From Chiloscyllium plagiosum (taxonomy: Eukaryota), in assembly GCF_004010195.1 (NCBI RefSeq), contig NC_057718.1, positions 73,357,573-73,421,572 on the forward strand: a stretch of DNA of 64,000 nucleotides. The letters run 5' to 3'. The first letter of the stretch is position 1. Each line of letters opens with the position of its first letter. Shown one piece after another: positions 51,041 through 62,282 of the stretch. The notes below the pieces were generated by a model. That model was not told where the DNA came from and searched no databases. It saw only the letters and a program-made list of their open reading frames with translations. The position numbers and the translations under genes were made by a program.

Positions 51041-52919
51041 CAGTTATATGCCTTTTCTTCTGAATTTCTATATTCACTTGCATATGGCATTGAGAGCAAT
51101 CTGGAGATTAATGAAATTAATACCACGAGTTTTAAAATACTCATGGATAGGGATAACAGCAGTCCTCGGGTGAAGGTTTTGAATTGGGAGAAGGCAAATT
51201 ACAAATATATTAGACAGGAACTGGACAATGTTGATTGGAGGCGGATATTTGAGTGTAAATCTACATTGGACAAGTGGGAATATTTCAAAAGGCAGTTAAC
51301 AGGAATTCAGGAGCAGCACATTCATGTGAGAATGAAGGGTATGTATAGCAGGTTACGTGAACATTGGATGACAAGGCTATTATGAGTTGGTCAAAAAGAA
51401 AAGGGAAGCATATGTAAGGGCTAAGAGGATGGGAACTGATGAAGCTTTTGACCTATATAAGAAAAGTAGGAAAGAACTTATAACAAGGAATTGCTAGGGC
51501 TGAAATGGGTCATGTAAATTCGTTAGCAAACAAGATTAAGGAGAATCCCAAAGCTTTTTATCCCTATATATAAAGCAAGAGGGTAGCCAGGGAAAGGATT
51601 GGCCCACTCAAGGGCAAAGGAAAGAATCTATGTGTGGAGCCAAGAGAGATGGGTGAGGTCCTAAATGAATATTTTGTGTCACTATTCACCAAAGAGAATG
51701 AATTGGTGGAGGATGATCTCAGGGAAGGGAGTGTCAAGTTTTTAAGTCAAGTTGTAATTATAAAGGAAGAGGTATTATCCATCTCAAAAAGTATTAAGGT
51801 AGATAAGTCCCTGAGTCCTGATGGGATCTATCCCAGAATATTGAGAGAGGTAATTATATGCATGTGAGCCTCACATTGGTGGTAGGGAAATTATTGGAAA
51901 AGATTCTCAGGGACAAGATCTATATGCATTTGGAAACGAATAGGCCTATTAGTGATAGACAGTATGGTTTTGTGCAGGGGAGGTCATGCCTCAGTAACTT
52001 TATCGAGTTTTTTAAGGAGGTAACGAAGATGATTGACGAGGGTAAAGAAGTTGCTGTTATTTGCAAGGACTTCAGTAAAGCCTATGACACAGTCTCTCAT
52101 GGCAGATTGTCCAAAAGATTAAGTCACAAGGTATCAGGGGTGAGCTCGCAAGATGGATACAGAACTGGCTTAGCCAGGGTAGCAGTGGAAGGATGCTTTT
52201 CAGAATGGAGGGTTGTGACTAGTGGTGTTCCACAGGGATCTTTTTAGGACCTTTGTTGCTCGTGGTCTATATAAATGATTTGGAGAAAATTGTAGCTGGT
52301 GTACGCGGTAAGTTTGTGGATGATACAAAGATTGGTTGACTTATGAATTCTAAGGAGGATTGTTGGAAGATACAGCAGGAAATAAATTAAGTCATACAGT
52401 CATACAGATGTACAGCACAGACCCTTCGGTCCAACTCATCAATGCCAATGAGATATCCTAAAATAAATCGAGCCCCATTTGTCCACATTGGGCCCATATC
52501 CCTCTAAACCCATCCAGATGTCTTTTAAATGTTGTAATTGTACCAGCCTCCACCACTTCCTTTTGCAGCTCAATCCATGCACGCACCACCCTCTGCATGA
52601 AATGTTTCCCGTTTGGTCCCTTTTAAATCTTTCCCTTCTCACCTTAAACCTATACCCTGTAGTTTTGGCAAGCATGCAGAAGAGGTTTACCAGGATGCTG
52701 TCTGGATTGGAGAGTATGAACTATAAGGAGAGGATAGAAAAACATGGGTTGATTTCTCTAATGCAGAAGAGGTTGAAGAGAGACTTGACAGAAATCAGTA
52801 AAATTTTGAGATCCATAGTTACAGTTGACGGTCAGAATCTTTTTCCCAGAGTTGAAATGTATAAAACTAAGGCAAGAGGGAGAAAGTTCAAAGGAGATGT
52901 GAGGGATAAGTTTTTTTTT

Positions 52920-53150
52920 CAAAGTTTGTGAGAAGATTTGTAGCTCGGGTGCTCGTTGCTGTAGTTCTGTTCGCCGAGCTGGAAGTTTTTGTTGCAAACG
53001 TTTCGTCTCCTGTCTAGGTGACATCCTCAGTGCTTGGGAGCCTCCTGTGAAGCGCTTCACAGGAGGCTCCCAAGCACTGATGATGTCACCTAGACAGGGG
53101 ATGAAACGTTTGCAACAAAAACTTCCAGCTCAGCGAACAGAACCACAGCA
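52920..53150. mobile_element. PLE-type palindromic terminal pair (family C) with two hammerhead motifs
   Basis: 52957-53053 is the reverse complement of 53054-53150 (5 mismatches in 97, no spacer). The 37-nt tail at 52920-52956 is on one arm only. Confidence 0.8.
53074..53113 (+). ncRNA. Minimal hammerhead motif (family C); mirror copy at 52994-53033 on the minus strand
   Basis: GCA-CUGAUGA-U-GUCACC-uagaca-GGGGAU-GAAA-CGUU-UGC. The minus copy has CUGAGGA and GGAGAC. Helix I is GCA/UGC. Confidence 0.65.
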
Positions 53151-54379
53151 TAAGATTTTTTTACACAGAGAATTTTAAGAACATGGAATGCACTGTCGGG
53201 GTGGTGGTGGAGGACACAGATACGATAAAAGTTTGAGGTACTTTTAGATAGGCACATGGATATAAAAGAAATAGAGGGATATGGACCAAAAGTAGGCAGA
53301 AGGGATTAGTTTAATTTGATGTTGTGTTTGGCAGTTCCTGTGTTGAACAGTTCTATGTTTTATGTACCTGTCCTGCTACTTTAAGGGACCTGTGGACATA
53401 CACTTCTTGGTGATTCCCAGGGTCCTACTGTTCATCATGTATTCCCTTGCCCAAGTGTAAGACCTCCATATTTTTCTGAATTGAATTCTACTTACCACTA
53501 ATCTATATCCATCTATATCCTTCTGTAATCTAAGGCTATTCTCACAATTTACCATCCCACCAATGTTTGTATCATCTGTGAATTTAGTGGGACTCCATTG
53601 GATACAGGCTTTCAGTCAGAAAAACACCACCTGCTTCCAGTCAATTGTGGATCCAGTTGCCAAATTTCTTTGGATCCCAAAGGCTTATTTTTCCTACCAG
53701 TCCTCCCTTCAGGACCTTATCAAACGTCTTGAGTAGAATCATAACATCCAAAGCATTTCCCTTATCCACACACCTTGTTCCCCTCTCCAAACATTTTGAT
53801 TAAGTTGGTCAGACATGAGTTAACAAAACCATGATTTACCTAGTAATGACTGGAACTGTCTGGCCAAGGATGAAGGAAGTTGAAGCAATCAATAAATACA
53901 AAAGGAAATTGGATGGACACTGACAGAATCAAACTTGCAGTGCTCCAGGGCCCGAACAGGCAACTCTGACTAGGTTGCTTTGCGGAGAGGTGGCATGGAC
54001 TTGACAGACCAAAATAGCTTCCGATTTTGCTTTAGATGCCTCTGTAACTGTTTAAATACAACAATAAAAGCATTATTTGCCTTCAATTTTTCAAGCAGTC
54101 TAGATTGTTATGATTCTATTTCTTCATCAAATTTATTTTTCAGGAGAAAACTGTTATGATTGTGGCTCTACATTTCCCTGAGGGTATCTGAATCTTCCAG
54201 GCAAGCAACAATTGATTTAGATCTGGGTGTGACACCATAGTAGTTTTATTGATATAATGTCCCATGTTTCATTGCCAATGTGCACATATCCCAGAACTAA
54301 TTAAAATAATAATTCCTCTCAATGAGATTGTAATGCTGTGAAGAGAAAAATAATTGTACAGGAGAATGATCACGAAGGG

Positions 54380-56470
54380 CTCTATGCAGAGAGTTGTGAA
54401 TGCATGGAATGCGTTGCCAGTTGTGGTGGTGGAAGTAGAGTCATTGGGGACATTTAAGTGACTGCTGGAAATGCACATGGATAGCAGTGAGTTGAGGGGT
54501 GCATAGGTTAAGTTACTATATTTTACATTAGGATTAAATCTCGGCACAACATTGTGGGCCAAAGGGCCTGTTCTGTGCTGTACTTTTCTATGTTCTATGT
54601 TCTAAAAGGCACAGATAGATGTTTCTGCGGCTGACGGTGAACATTAGAATGTTGTGCTGCCTTTCTGTTGCCAGGATCAAAGACATTCGGAGAGGGTGCA
54701 GAATGTTCTCAAAGGGGAGAGGGACCAGTAGGAAGTCATTGTATACATTGGAATTAATGACACAGGATGAGAAAAGGCTGAGATTCTGAGGAGAGAATAT
54801 AGGAAGATAGACAAGAATTTGAAAAGGAGGTCCTCAAGGGTCCTCTGGATTAGAATTAGAATCCCTACAATGTGGAAACAAGCCCTTTCACCCCACCGAC
54901 TCTCTGAAGAGTAACCAACCTTTCCCGTCCCCGATATTTACCCCTGACTAATGCACCTAGCCTACACATCCCTAAACACCATGGGCAATTTAGCAAGGAC
55001 AATTCACCTAAACTGCACTTCTTTGGATGGTGGGAGGAAACCCGCACAGACAGCTGACAGAGGCTGGAATCAAACCCAGGTCCCAGGTGCTGTGAGACAG
55101 CAGTACTAACCACTGAGCCAACATGCTGGAGCTATTGAGGGTAGGAATAGGAGGATAGAGCAGATGAATGCGTGGCTGAGGAGTTGGTGCAGGGAGAAGG
55201 ATTTACATTTTGGATCATTGGAATCTCTTCTGGGGCAGAAGTGACCTGTACAAGAAGGGCAGATTGACCCTGAATTGGAAGGGGACTAATATATTGGCAG
55301 GGAGATTTGCTAGAGCTACTCGGAAGCATTTAAACTAGTGAGTAGAAGAGGCAGACCCAGGGAGAGAGTGAGGAGAGAGATCAGTCTGAGACTGCACTGT
55401 TGGGAAAAGAGCAAGTCAAACAGACAGGGAAAGTGGGAACAAGGCAGTGAACGAAATAGGACTGATAAATTAATCTTCATTTATTTCAATACAGGAGGCC
55501 TAACAAAAAAGGCAGATGAACTCAGGGCATATTTGGTACCTGGGACTGGGAAATCATAGCAATTATAGAGATATGGCTCAAGGGTGGAGAGGACTGGCAG
55601 CTTAATGTTTCAGGGCATAGGTACTATAGGAAGGATAGTTTTTGATTAGACATAACATTACGGTTGTACTTTGGGAGGATATTCCTAGGAATATGTCCAG
55701 GAAATTTGTTTGGGTAGAACTGAGGAATAGGAAAGGGATAATCACCTTATTGGGATTGTATTCTAGACCCCCCAGTAGTCAGTAGGAAATTGAGAAACAA
55801 ATTTGTAAGAAGATCTCAGTTGGGTGGTTATGGTAGAGGAGTTTAGCTTTCCAAACATAGACTGGGACTGTCATAGATGCCTAGGGCTTAGATGGAGAGG
55901 AATTTGTTAAGTGTGCGCAATAGAACATTTTCTGATTCAATATGTGGATGTACCTACTAAAGAAGGTGCAAAACTTGACCTACTCTTGGGAAATAAGGCA
56001 GGGCCTATGACTGAAGTGTCAGTGGAGGAGCACTTTGGGGCCAGTGAAGATAATTCTTTTAATTTTAAAATAGTGATGGAAAAGGATAAACCAGATCTAA
56101 AATTTAAAGCTCTAAATTGGAGGAATTTTGACGGTATTAGGCAAGAACTTTCAAAAGTTGATTGGGGGTGGATGTTCACAGGTAAAGGCATGATTGAGAA
56201 ATGGGAAGCCTTCAAAAATGGATAACAAGGGTCCAGAGACAGATATATTTCTGTAAAGGTGGAGGGCAAGGCTGGTCAGTGTAGGGAATACTGGATGACT
56301 AGGGAAATTGAGACTTTGGTCAAGTATAAGAAGGAAGATTTGTCAGGTGTAGACAGCAGGGATAGGGCGAATCGTTAGAAGAGTATAAAGACAATAGGAA
56401 AATACTTAAGAGGGAAATCAGGAGGGCAAAAAGAGGACATGAGATAGCTTTGGTATATAGGGTTACAGAG
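54380..56470 (+). mobile_element. CR1 3' tail (54380-54605), then CR1 ORF1 esterase end and ORF2 endonuclease remnant, with a SINE at about 54850-55125 (-)
   Basis: HIGIND (SGNH-like GxND), YFNTGGL, FSFPNIDW and LDLLLGN motifs. Confidence 0.8.
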
Positions 56471-58794
56471 AGTGCACTTGCAAGATGACAGCAGTGGAAT
56501 AGGCAGCATTCAGGCTCCTGTGTCTGGGCTTATCCTCCTCGCCTGCATTTTTATGTTTTCTGTTTTCTTCTATCCCTTTTTTTCCCCAAACCTATTTTCT
56601 AAAGTGAGCTCTTCGGCAGGAGACAACTTGATGGGGTCCAAAGTGGCAGTGGTGTCCTCAGAGGCAGCTTGACTGCAGAGATGGTTGGCTGGCCTGTGAA
56701 GCCTGGAGTGGACTGTCATTTCTGCATGGAGTGGGCCTCTGACTGAGGCATGGCATGGGCTGGTGTAGCCTGGAGCAGGAAACTCTCTCTGTGGCATAGC
56801 ATGGGCTGGTGTAACAGGCTACTCTAACAATACCAATAACAATAGCTACTTTCTCCTTAACCACCTCCCCATTACTAAGATATAAAACACAGAATTCCAG
56901 CTGCAGGAGGCCAGACCTTAAATAGCTTCGCTAAAGGATAACGTTTCTGGACATGACTGGGCACAGGTATCTTAAGACGCTTGGGCATTTTTGTTAGGTC
57001 ATTGCTGACTCCCGTAGGAGATCTCCTTTAAGTCCATCAGGTGGATCTTATTGCCAGTGTCTCTCAAAGTCGCTATTATTAAATTGGAACGGGTCCTGTT
57101 TAACGTAGTCTTGGTGAAGCTCGGAATCTCTACATCGTTACAGTTTAATGGATGGGAGACAGCTTCAGCACAACTACCAATGTTCAGTTCCCAAACTCCA
57201 GGGTGGCACTGACTGCTTGGTTTCATTCCTCAGTTCCTCAATTCATTTGCCTTTGGTTCCAACTATAAATCTTCTGGTGAAATTTTCAGAATCTTGTAGT
57301 ATGTGGCCCAGCTGTCACTGTCATCAATCTCACTGTCAGGGCTAACAGTTACATTACTTTTGCAGTTGATGAGGCCACATGCTCAGTTTCTGATCTGGTT
57401 GAAGTCCCATCAGTATAGGAGTCATCAACTGTTTCAGTTAATGTTTTTAGTACGGCCATCTGGCACAGCAATTCCAAACAATATGAACCTGCCAGCTTCC
57501 ACCACAAAGAAGCCCCATGGGCAGAAATCCATGTCTTTCACAGATACCCATTAGGAATCTTTAGCTTTTGTCCTACACAATGCAGAGACCAGTTTGCTGG
57601 CAGCAGGTAACAATGCAGAAAATGAATCAAAGGAATGATGAAATAACTGTGATGCTGCATTGCATGTGACCATTCAATACATTGTAAACATCCAAGAGAA
57701 AACCCTTGTGAAATCAGTAATTGTTTATCTTCCTTTTTCACCACTCCTATATATATTACCTCTGTGATTTCAGCAGATCTTGAAACAGAATCCTCAGATC
57801 CCTGTGCTAACTGCTCAGATGTTCTTGGCCAACATCTTCTTGATCTGGATGCGAGAAAGGCCCAGCCAATGTCCATGTCATCTGCACTATTAGTCATCAG
57901 GGCAGGTAGCATCAGGTGGGGCTCTGACAATCCAGAGGCAGGGCTCAAGGCAAAAGGGTGAGGGAAGAGCATCCACTTTATGACACACATGCCCTTCCTT
58001 GCAAGCCAAGAGATGGAGAACTCTTTGCTTCACTATTCAGTGAGGCCTGAAGGCTAAGATGAGCATTTTTCAATTCCATAAAGATTAAGGTCGTAGCATG
58101 TAGACCACTGTTAACATGCTTTCAATTATCTTCATGCAAGTGGCCGCTCATACGATGAGCATCAGATATCAACACTAAAAGCTAAAACATCATGGCTGTC
58201 CTGCCAGCTAGTCTCCTCCAAACTCTCTGAAATCATGTAGAATGTCTCTGAACATGCTGATTAACTGTCACATGATGTTCCTGCTCCAAAAGCATTCCTA
58301 TTTGATGGTCTTCAACATCCAAATGGGCAGGGCTTTAAGTATACCATGCCTACTAATGGAGAATTTCCACTGCTGTTCAGTCTTCAATAATTATTCCTAC
58401 TCACTTGTAACGTGTGAAGTATGATGTGACAATCACTGCCACTCTTGGCAGTGTAAGTGAGGTGGCATAACCAAGGTCCCAGAAGGAGAAATAAATAAAA
58501 CTTCTGATTAACATACAGATCTAACAAGTCTTATATACCACAAAATGGAGGTCCAGTATGATGAGTACATTCATTTCCAAGTATTGTTAAACTATTTATT
58601 CCTCTCTGGACTGGTTGACAGTGCATATTGTGACTGTGCTTTGTCAGAGTGAGTGACCTCCTCTGAGGAGATTAAATCTTCCTCCAGCATTCACCTGCTG
58701 TGAGGCTGAGGTACCTGTGGAAGAGGTACAAGACATAAATGCTTCATTGTCATCACTGTACACATTTTCAGTTTTCAATGTTTACTACCATGAA

Positions 58795-58923
58795 TCACCT
58801 GATGAAGGAGCGTCGCTCCAAAAGCTAGTGTGCTTCCAATTAAACCTGTTGGACTATAACCTGGTGTTGTGTGATTTTTAACTTTGTACACCCCAGTCCA
58901 ACATCGGCATCTCCAAATCATTG
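58795..58923 (+). mobile_element. Solo PLE family B terminus with mutated hammerhead
   Basis: tcacctgatgaaggagcgtcgctccaaaagctagtg (GAAA changed to AAAA); 10-bp TSD ctaccatgaa at 58785-58794 and 58924-58933. Confidence 0.8.
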
Positions 58924-59029
58924 CTACCATGAAGTTAACATGAGTGAATGTTGTGTGTTACAAGACTGTGGGATGTTTAATTCTGTCTTTAGGTATTTGG
59001 AGAATCCATCTCTTCATTGTTAATGCCCA

Positions 59030-59590
59030 GGCTTGTTGATTATCAATTATTCTCCAGTGCCTCCGGTATTCAAAATGCAGTTGACTGGAAGGTCATCTCC
59101 AGTTCTCTCTTCCATTGAGAAAAAGGAAACTCTCAGTGTGAGAACTGAAATGTTTTGAGAGGATGGATGCAAATATTTGTGGAGAGCTATTCTGAGAAAT
59201 TTAATGTCATTGTATTAATTTAAAAGTTAATGTCAGTGATGATCAGATGAGTTTGTGAGATGAGTCAAATGAGATTGATAGATATAAGCATAAGGTATGG
59301 CATGTGTGAAAGTTTGGGAAGGCAGAGTGAGGTGCCTGAGGTTAGTTGCAATTAGAATTTAGATGAATGCAACATGCCTTTCCTATGCTAATAAAGGCTC
59401 TTGACCTCTTTTGACAACTGCATACAGGAACATGGGACTAGACATCTGCAGCTTACCTCCTCAAGCCACGTTTGACTGTTTGCTTGTTTCTGGAGGAGAT
59501 TCCTCCTCATACTCAGGAAACAGAATCTCCCTGTAGGTCCTGACAGCCCACAACATCATGTCTGGAGATGGAATTCTTAATTGTGGTCCT
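59030..59590 (-). pseudogene. Harbinger-type Myb/SANT-like DNA-binding gene remnant (two exon-like pieces)
   Basis: MLWAVRTYREILFP...TWLEEVSCR...MQ.QKR...SIGK|gc, then ERTGDDLP...EALE in 59030-59115. Confidence 0.6.
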
Positions 59591-60189
59591 TCAATGTGTC
59601 TTCCATTCCTGTAATTCCTACATCTTAACCCATGGAATGCATTGCAGTCTCAGATAACAATACTTGCAGTAACTTTGCAATTTAGAAAACAGAACAAAAA
59701 GTAGGAGCAGGAGTAGACTATGCAGCCCTTCAGGCCTACTCTGCCTGGTTGAGTCATTTGAACCACTTTAACTCAGAGGCTCTAACTCAGAGTTGCAGAC
59801 ATTCTAGAAGATCATGGAAAAGGAGGATTCTCTGGACACTTTGGAGGTATTATGTCAATAGGTTGGTGTTCCAGACAACAAAACAGCACCATTTCCTATC
59901 TCTCACATCTTGCTTTTGCCCATGCAATTACAATTAAAATTCCAAAAGTGCCAATGATGTGCAAGGAAAGCTCAGGCAATTCAGAGGCAGGGGAAACAAT
60001 TTTTTGGTAAAATAAGACACTAACTGACGATGTTTTAGCTATGGCTGGCCAATGGAGCCTCCTTGTTAAACAGAATGCTCCAGTGCTACAGATTCCTCTC
60101 AGTTCCAATGATGAGCTCATTTGCACTGTCACGTGTGAATGTCAAGTAAGACCAGCCATATGTTTCAGTGATACCTCCCTGCAGGTTCT

Positions 60190-60372
60190 CATTTGATCTG
60201 TAAGAAAAAGGGAGGGGGGCAGAGCTGTTTCCTGCAGATGGCTTCAGAAAGCTTACCCACTAATAAAGGGGACCTGGATCGTGGTCACAGAGAAGGTGAG
60301 AAGCTGTTAAAATAGAACCCGGGCATGGTACAACAAACAGGATAATCATGTATTCCAGTTGGTCAGAGTAAG
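60190..60372 (+). pseudogene. Second Myb/SANT-like (Harbinger ORF1) remnant
   Basis: RAELFP...TWIVVTEKVRSC...QLVR followed by a gtaagt donor. Confidence 0.45.
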
Positions 60373-60939
60373 TGTTTGTATCCAGTTGAGGTTTCTTATA
60401 TGTGGAAGTGAGCAGTTACACCAAAAAATGAATACATGATCAGCATTAGTGCCACACGGGCAGCTGATGTAAAATCATATTGTGGAAGTGTGATCTTTGT
60501 TTGCACTTGGATGTATTGTGCACTATGACAAGCTAGTCCATGTGAGTGGGATGCAGACAAGGGAGTAGGATGTCACTTGATGTATCACTGAATCTGACCA
60601 TTGTCATGCAGAAGTTGTAGACCAACAATACTCGGTGTCAAGGAAGGGAGGCAGACAGAAGGAGAAGCTCCTGACAGCCATTGGAAGGAGATGCTTAAGA
60701 TTGCGAGTGAAGAGGGAGTGCAATCCATTGAGGATGGCAAGGCTGGGCACAGTGTGGCGAAAATGTATCCAAGATTGTCCATTTAAGAAAGTGCAACACA
60801 GCAATAAATCATTGAGCCTGGGAGACAGTGATAACATCACTGAATCCCACTTCCAGAATGAATGAGCTGGATTTGCATGTTATTAATTGTTTGACTCTCT
60901 ATTGGTAATTGGGCAAGCAGCCCTGCTTAATGCAAAGGA

Positions 60940-61797
60940 TATTATGGACCAGACTTGACCCTCTCAAAATATTTTAAGCAGATAGCCTCAACCCTAACTT
61001 TTTCTTCATGTGAAGTGCATGTTCCAGATGTGATGTGACTGGTCAAACCACTCAACATTCAGCAGAACACAGTTTATTTAAACACTATAGTTAAAATGCA
61101 AAAAAAAGGAATTTAGAATGATTAACTATTGAAAAACCTAACCAAATAATAGATATAGTAGCTATTACTAATTATCGGTTTCAATATAGTAACATTGCAT
61201 AAACACACCCCTTGGCAAAAGGTAAATTCGGATGCAGATTACATACAGTTCTCTAATCCAGGAAGAAACAACATCAAGGGAGATTTCAGAGTATGTAGCA
61301 GCTAGGAATCATTCACTGAAGCTTCCAACCCTTCTGGGACCCCAGACAGCTTCTGACTGCTCCAGCTAAAATAAATCTCGAAAGCCTGGTCTGTGAGAAT
61401 TGTGTTGAGAGTGTGGTTTTGGAAAAGCACAGCAGGTCAGGCAGCATCTGAGGAGCAGGAGATTCGACATTTTGGACAAGAACCCTTCATCAGGAATCAA
61501 ATTCCTGGAGAAAGGCTCTTGCCCGAACCTCGATTCTCCTGCTCTTCAGATACTGCTTGACCTGCCGTGCTTTTCCAGCACCACACTCTTGACTCTGAAC
61601 TCCAGCATTTGCAGTCCCCACTTTCTCCCTGTGAGAATTGGCCACCCCTCTTGCATTGTTACAACTGTTTAAAAAAACCCAAATGCCTCATAAATTGTTG
61701 ACTTAGGTCATCTGCGGTTCGGCATCTCTGCCTTTACAGCCTCACTTCAAAAAAATCCAGAACAAAATAACCTTTTCAAAGTGACAGCATCGTTACA
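60940..61797 (-). mobile_element. Solo Gypsy LTR with an inverted PLE pLTR pair (61403-61628) inserted
   Basis: Reverse complement of the 17292/25068 LTR motifs. The PLE insert is flanked by the 12-bp TSD ctgtgagaattg at 61391-61402 and 61629-61640. Confidence 0.8.
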
Positions 61798-62282
61798 ATG
61801 AATTTTGTTATATTTACAGTTCTTAATCTTTTGTGTTACCGAATAAAAGTCTCATTATCCATTTGATTGTGTGTTTGGTGTCTTTCAAATAAATGCCCAT
61901 TGCATGTCCTATTGACCATTAGGTTAAAAGCAGTGGTCAGTGAGATAGTACATGAACATCACATTGCTGTGAAGTTAGATAGCTCTTAAGACTTTTATCA
62001 GGTAATAAAAGAAAAATATTGCGAATGCTGCAATTTTGATATAGTAACAGAAAATACTGGAGAAACTCATCAGGTCTGGCAGCAGAGTTACCATTTCAAG
62101 TTTGATATAACTCTTCTTCAGAGTTTCTGAATGTTGTGCAGTGAAGTTTCTCATGGTTGTCTCTCATGATAATCTCTCATGACAAGGTTGAGAGAAATCA
62201 CTTTCAATCTTCCTTCATCAGTAATCCTTCAGTGTTTCAGACAGTAAATTGCACAGAAATGCTTGAATATTATCTAGGGTAG

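Larger units (their letters stand above)
51120..54040. mobile_element. Cluster of CR1 fragments in both orientations (+ 51120-52390, - 52390-52670, + 52675-53365, - 53365-53835)
   Basis: NWEKANY, LNEYFVSLFT, QYGF, GVPQGS and QKRFTRML motifs plus CR1 3' UTRs. Confidence 0.8.

Noticed and set aside
50732..51385. 217-aa ORF
   Set aside because: Chance read-through of a CR1 tail, the minisatellite and another CR1 fragment.
54144..54200. Plus-strand exon candidate after ttttcag
   Set aside because: Only a GC-type donor, stops in the frames checked and no recognisable product.
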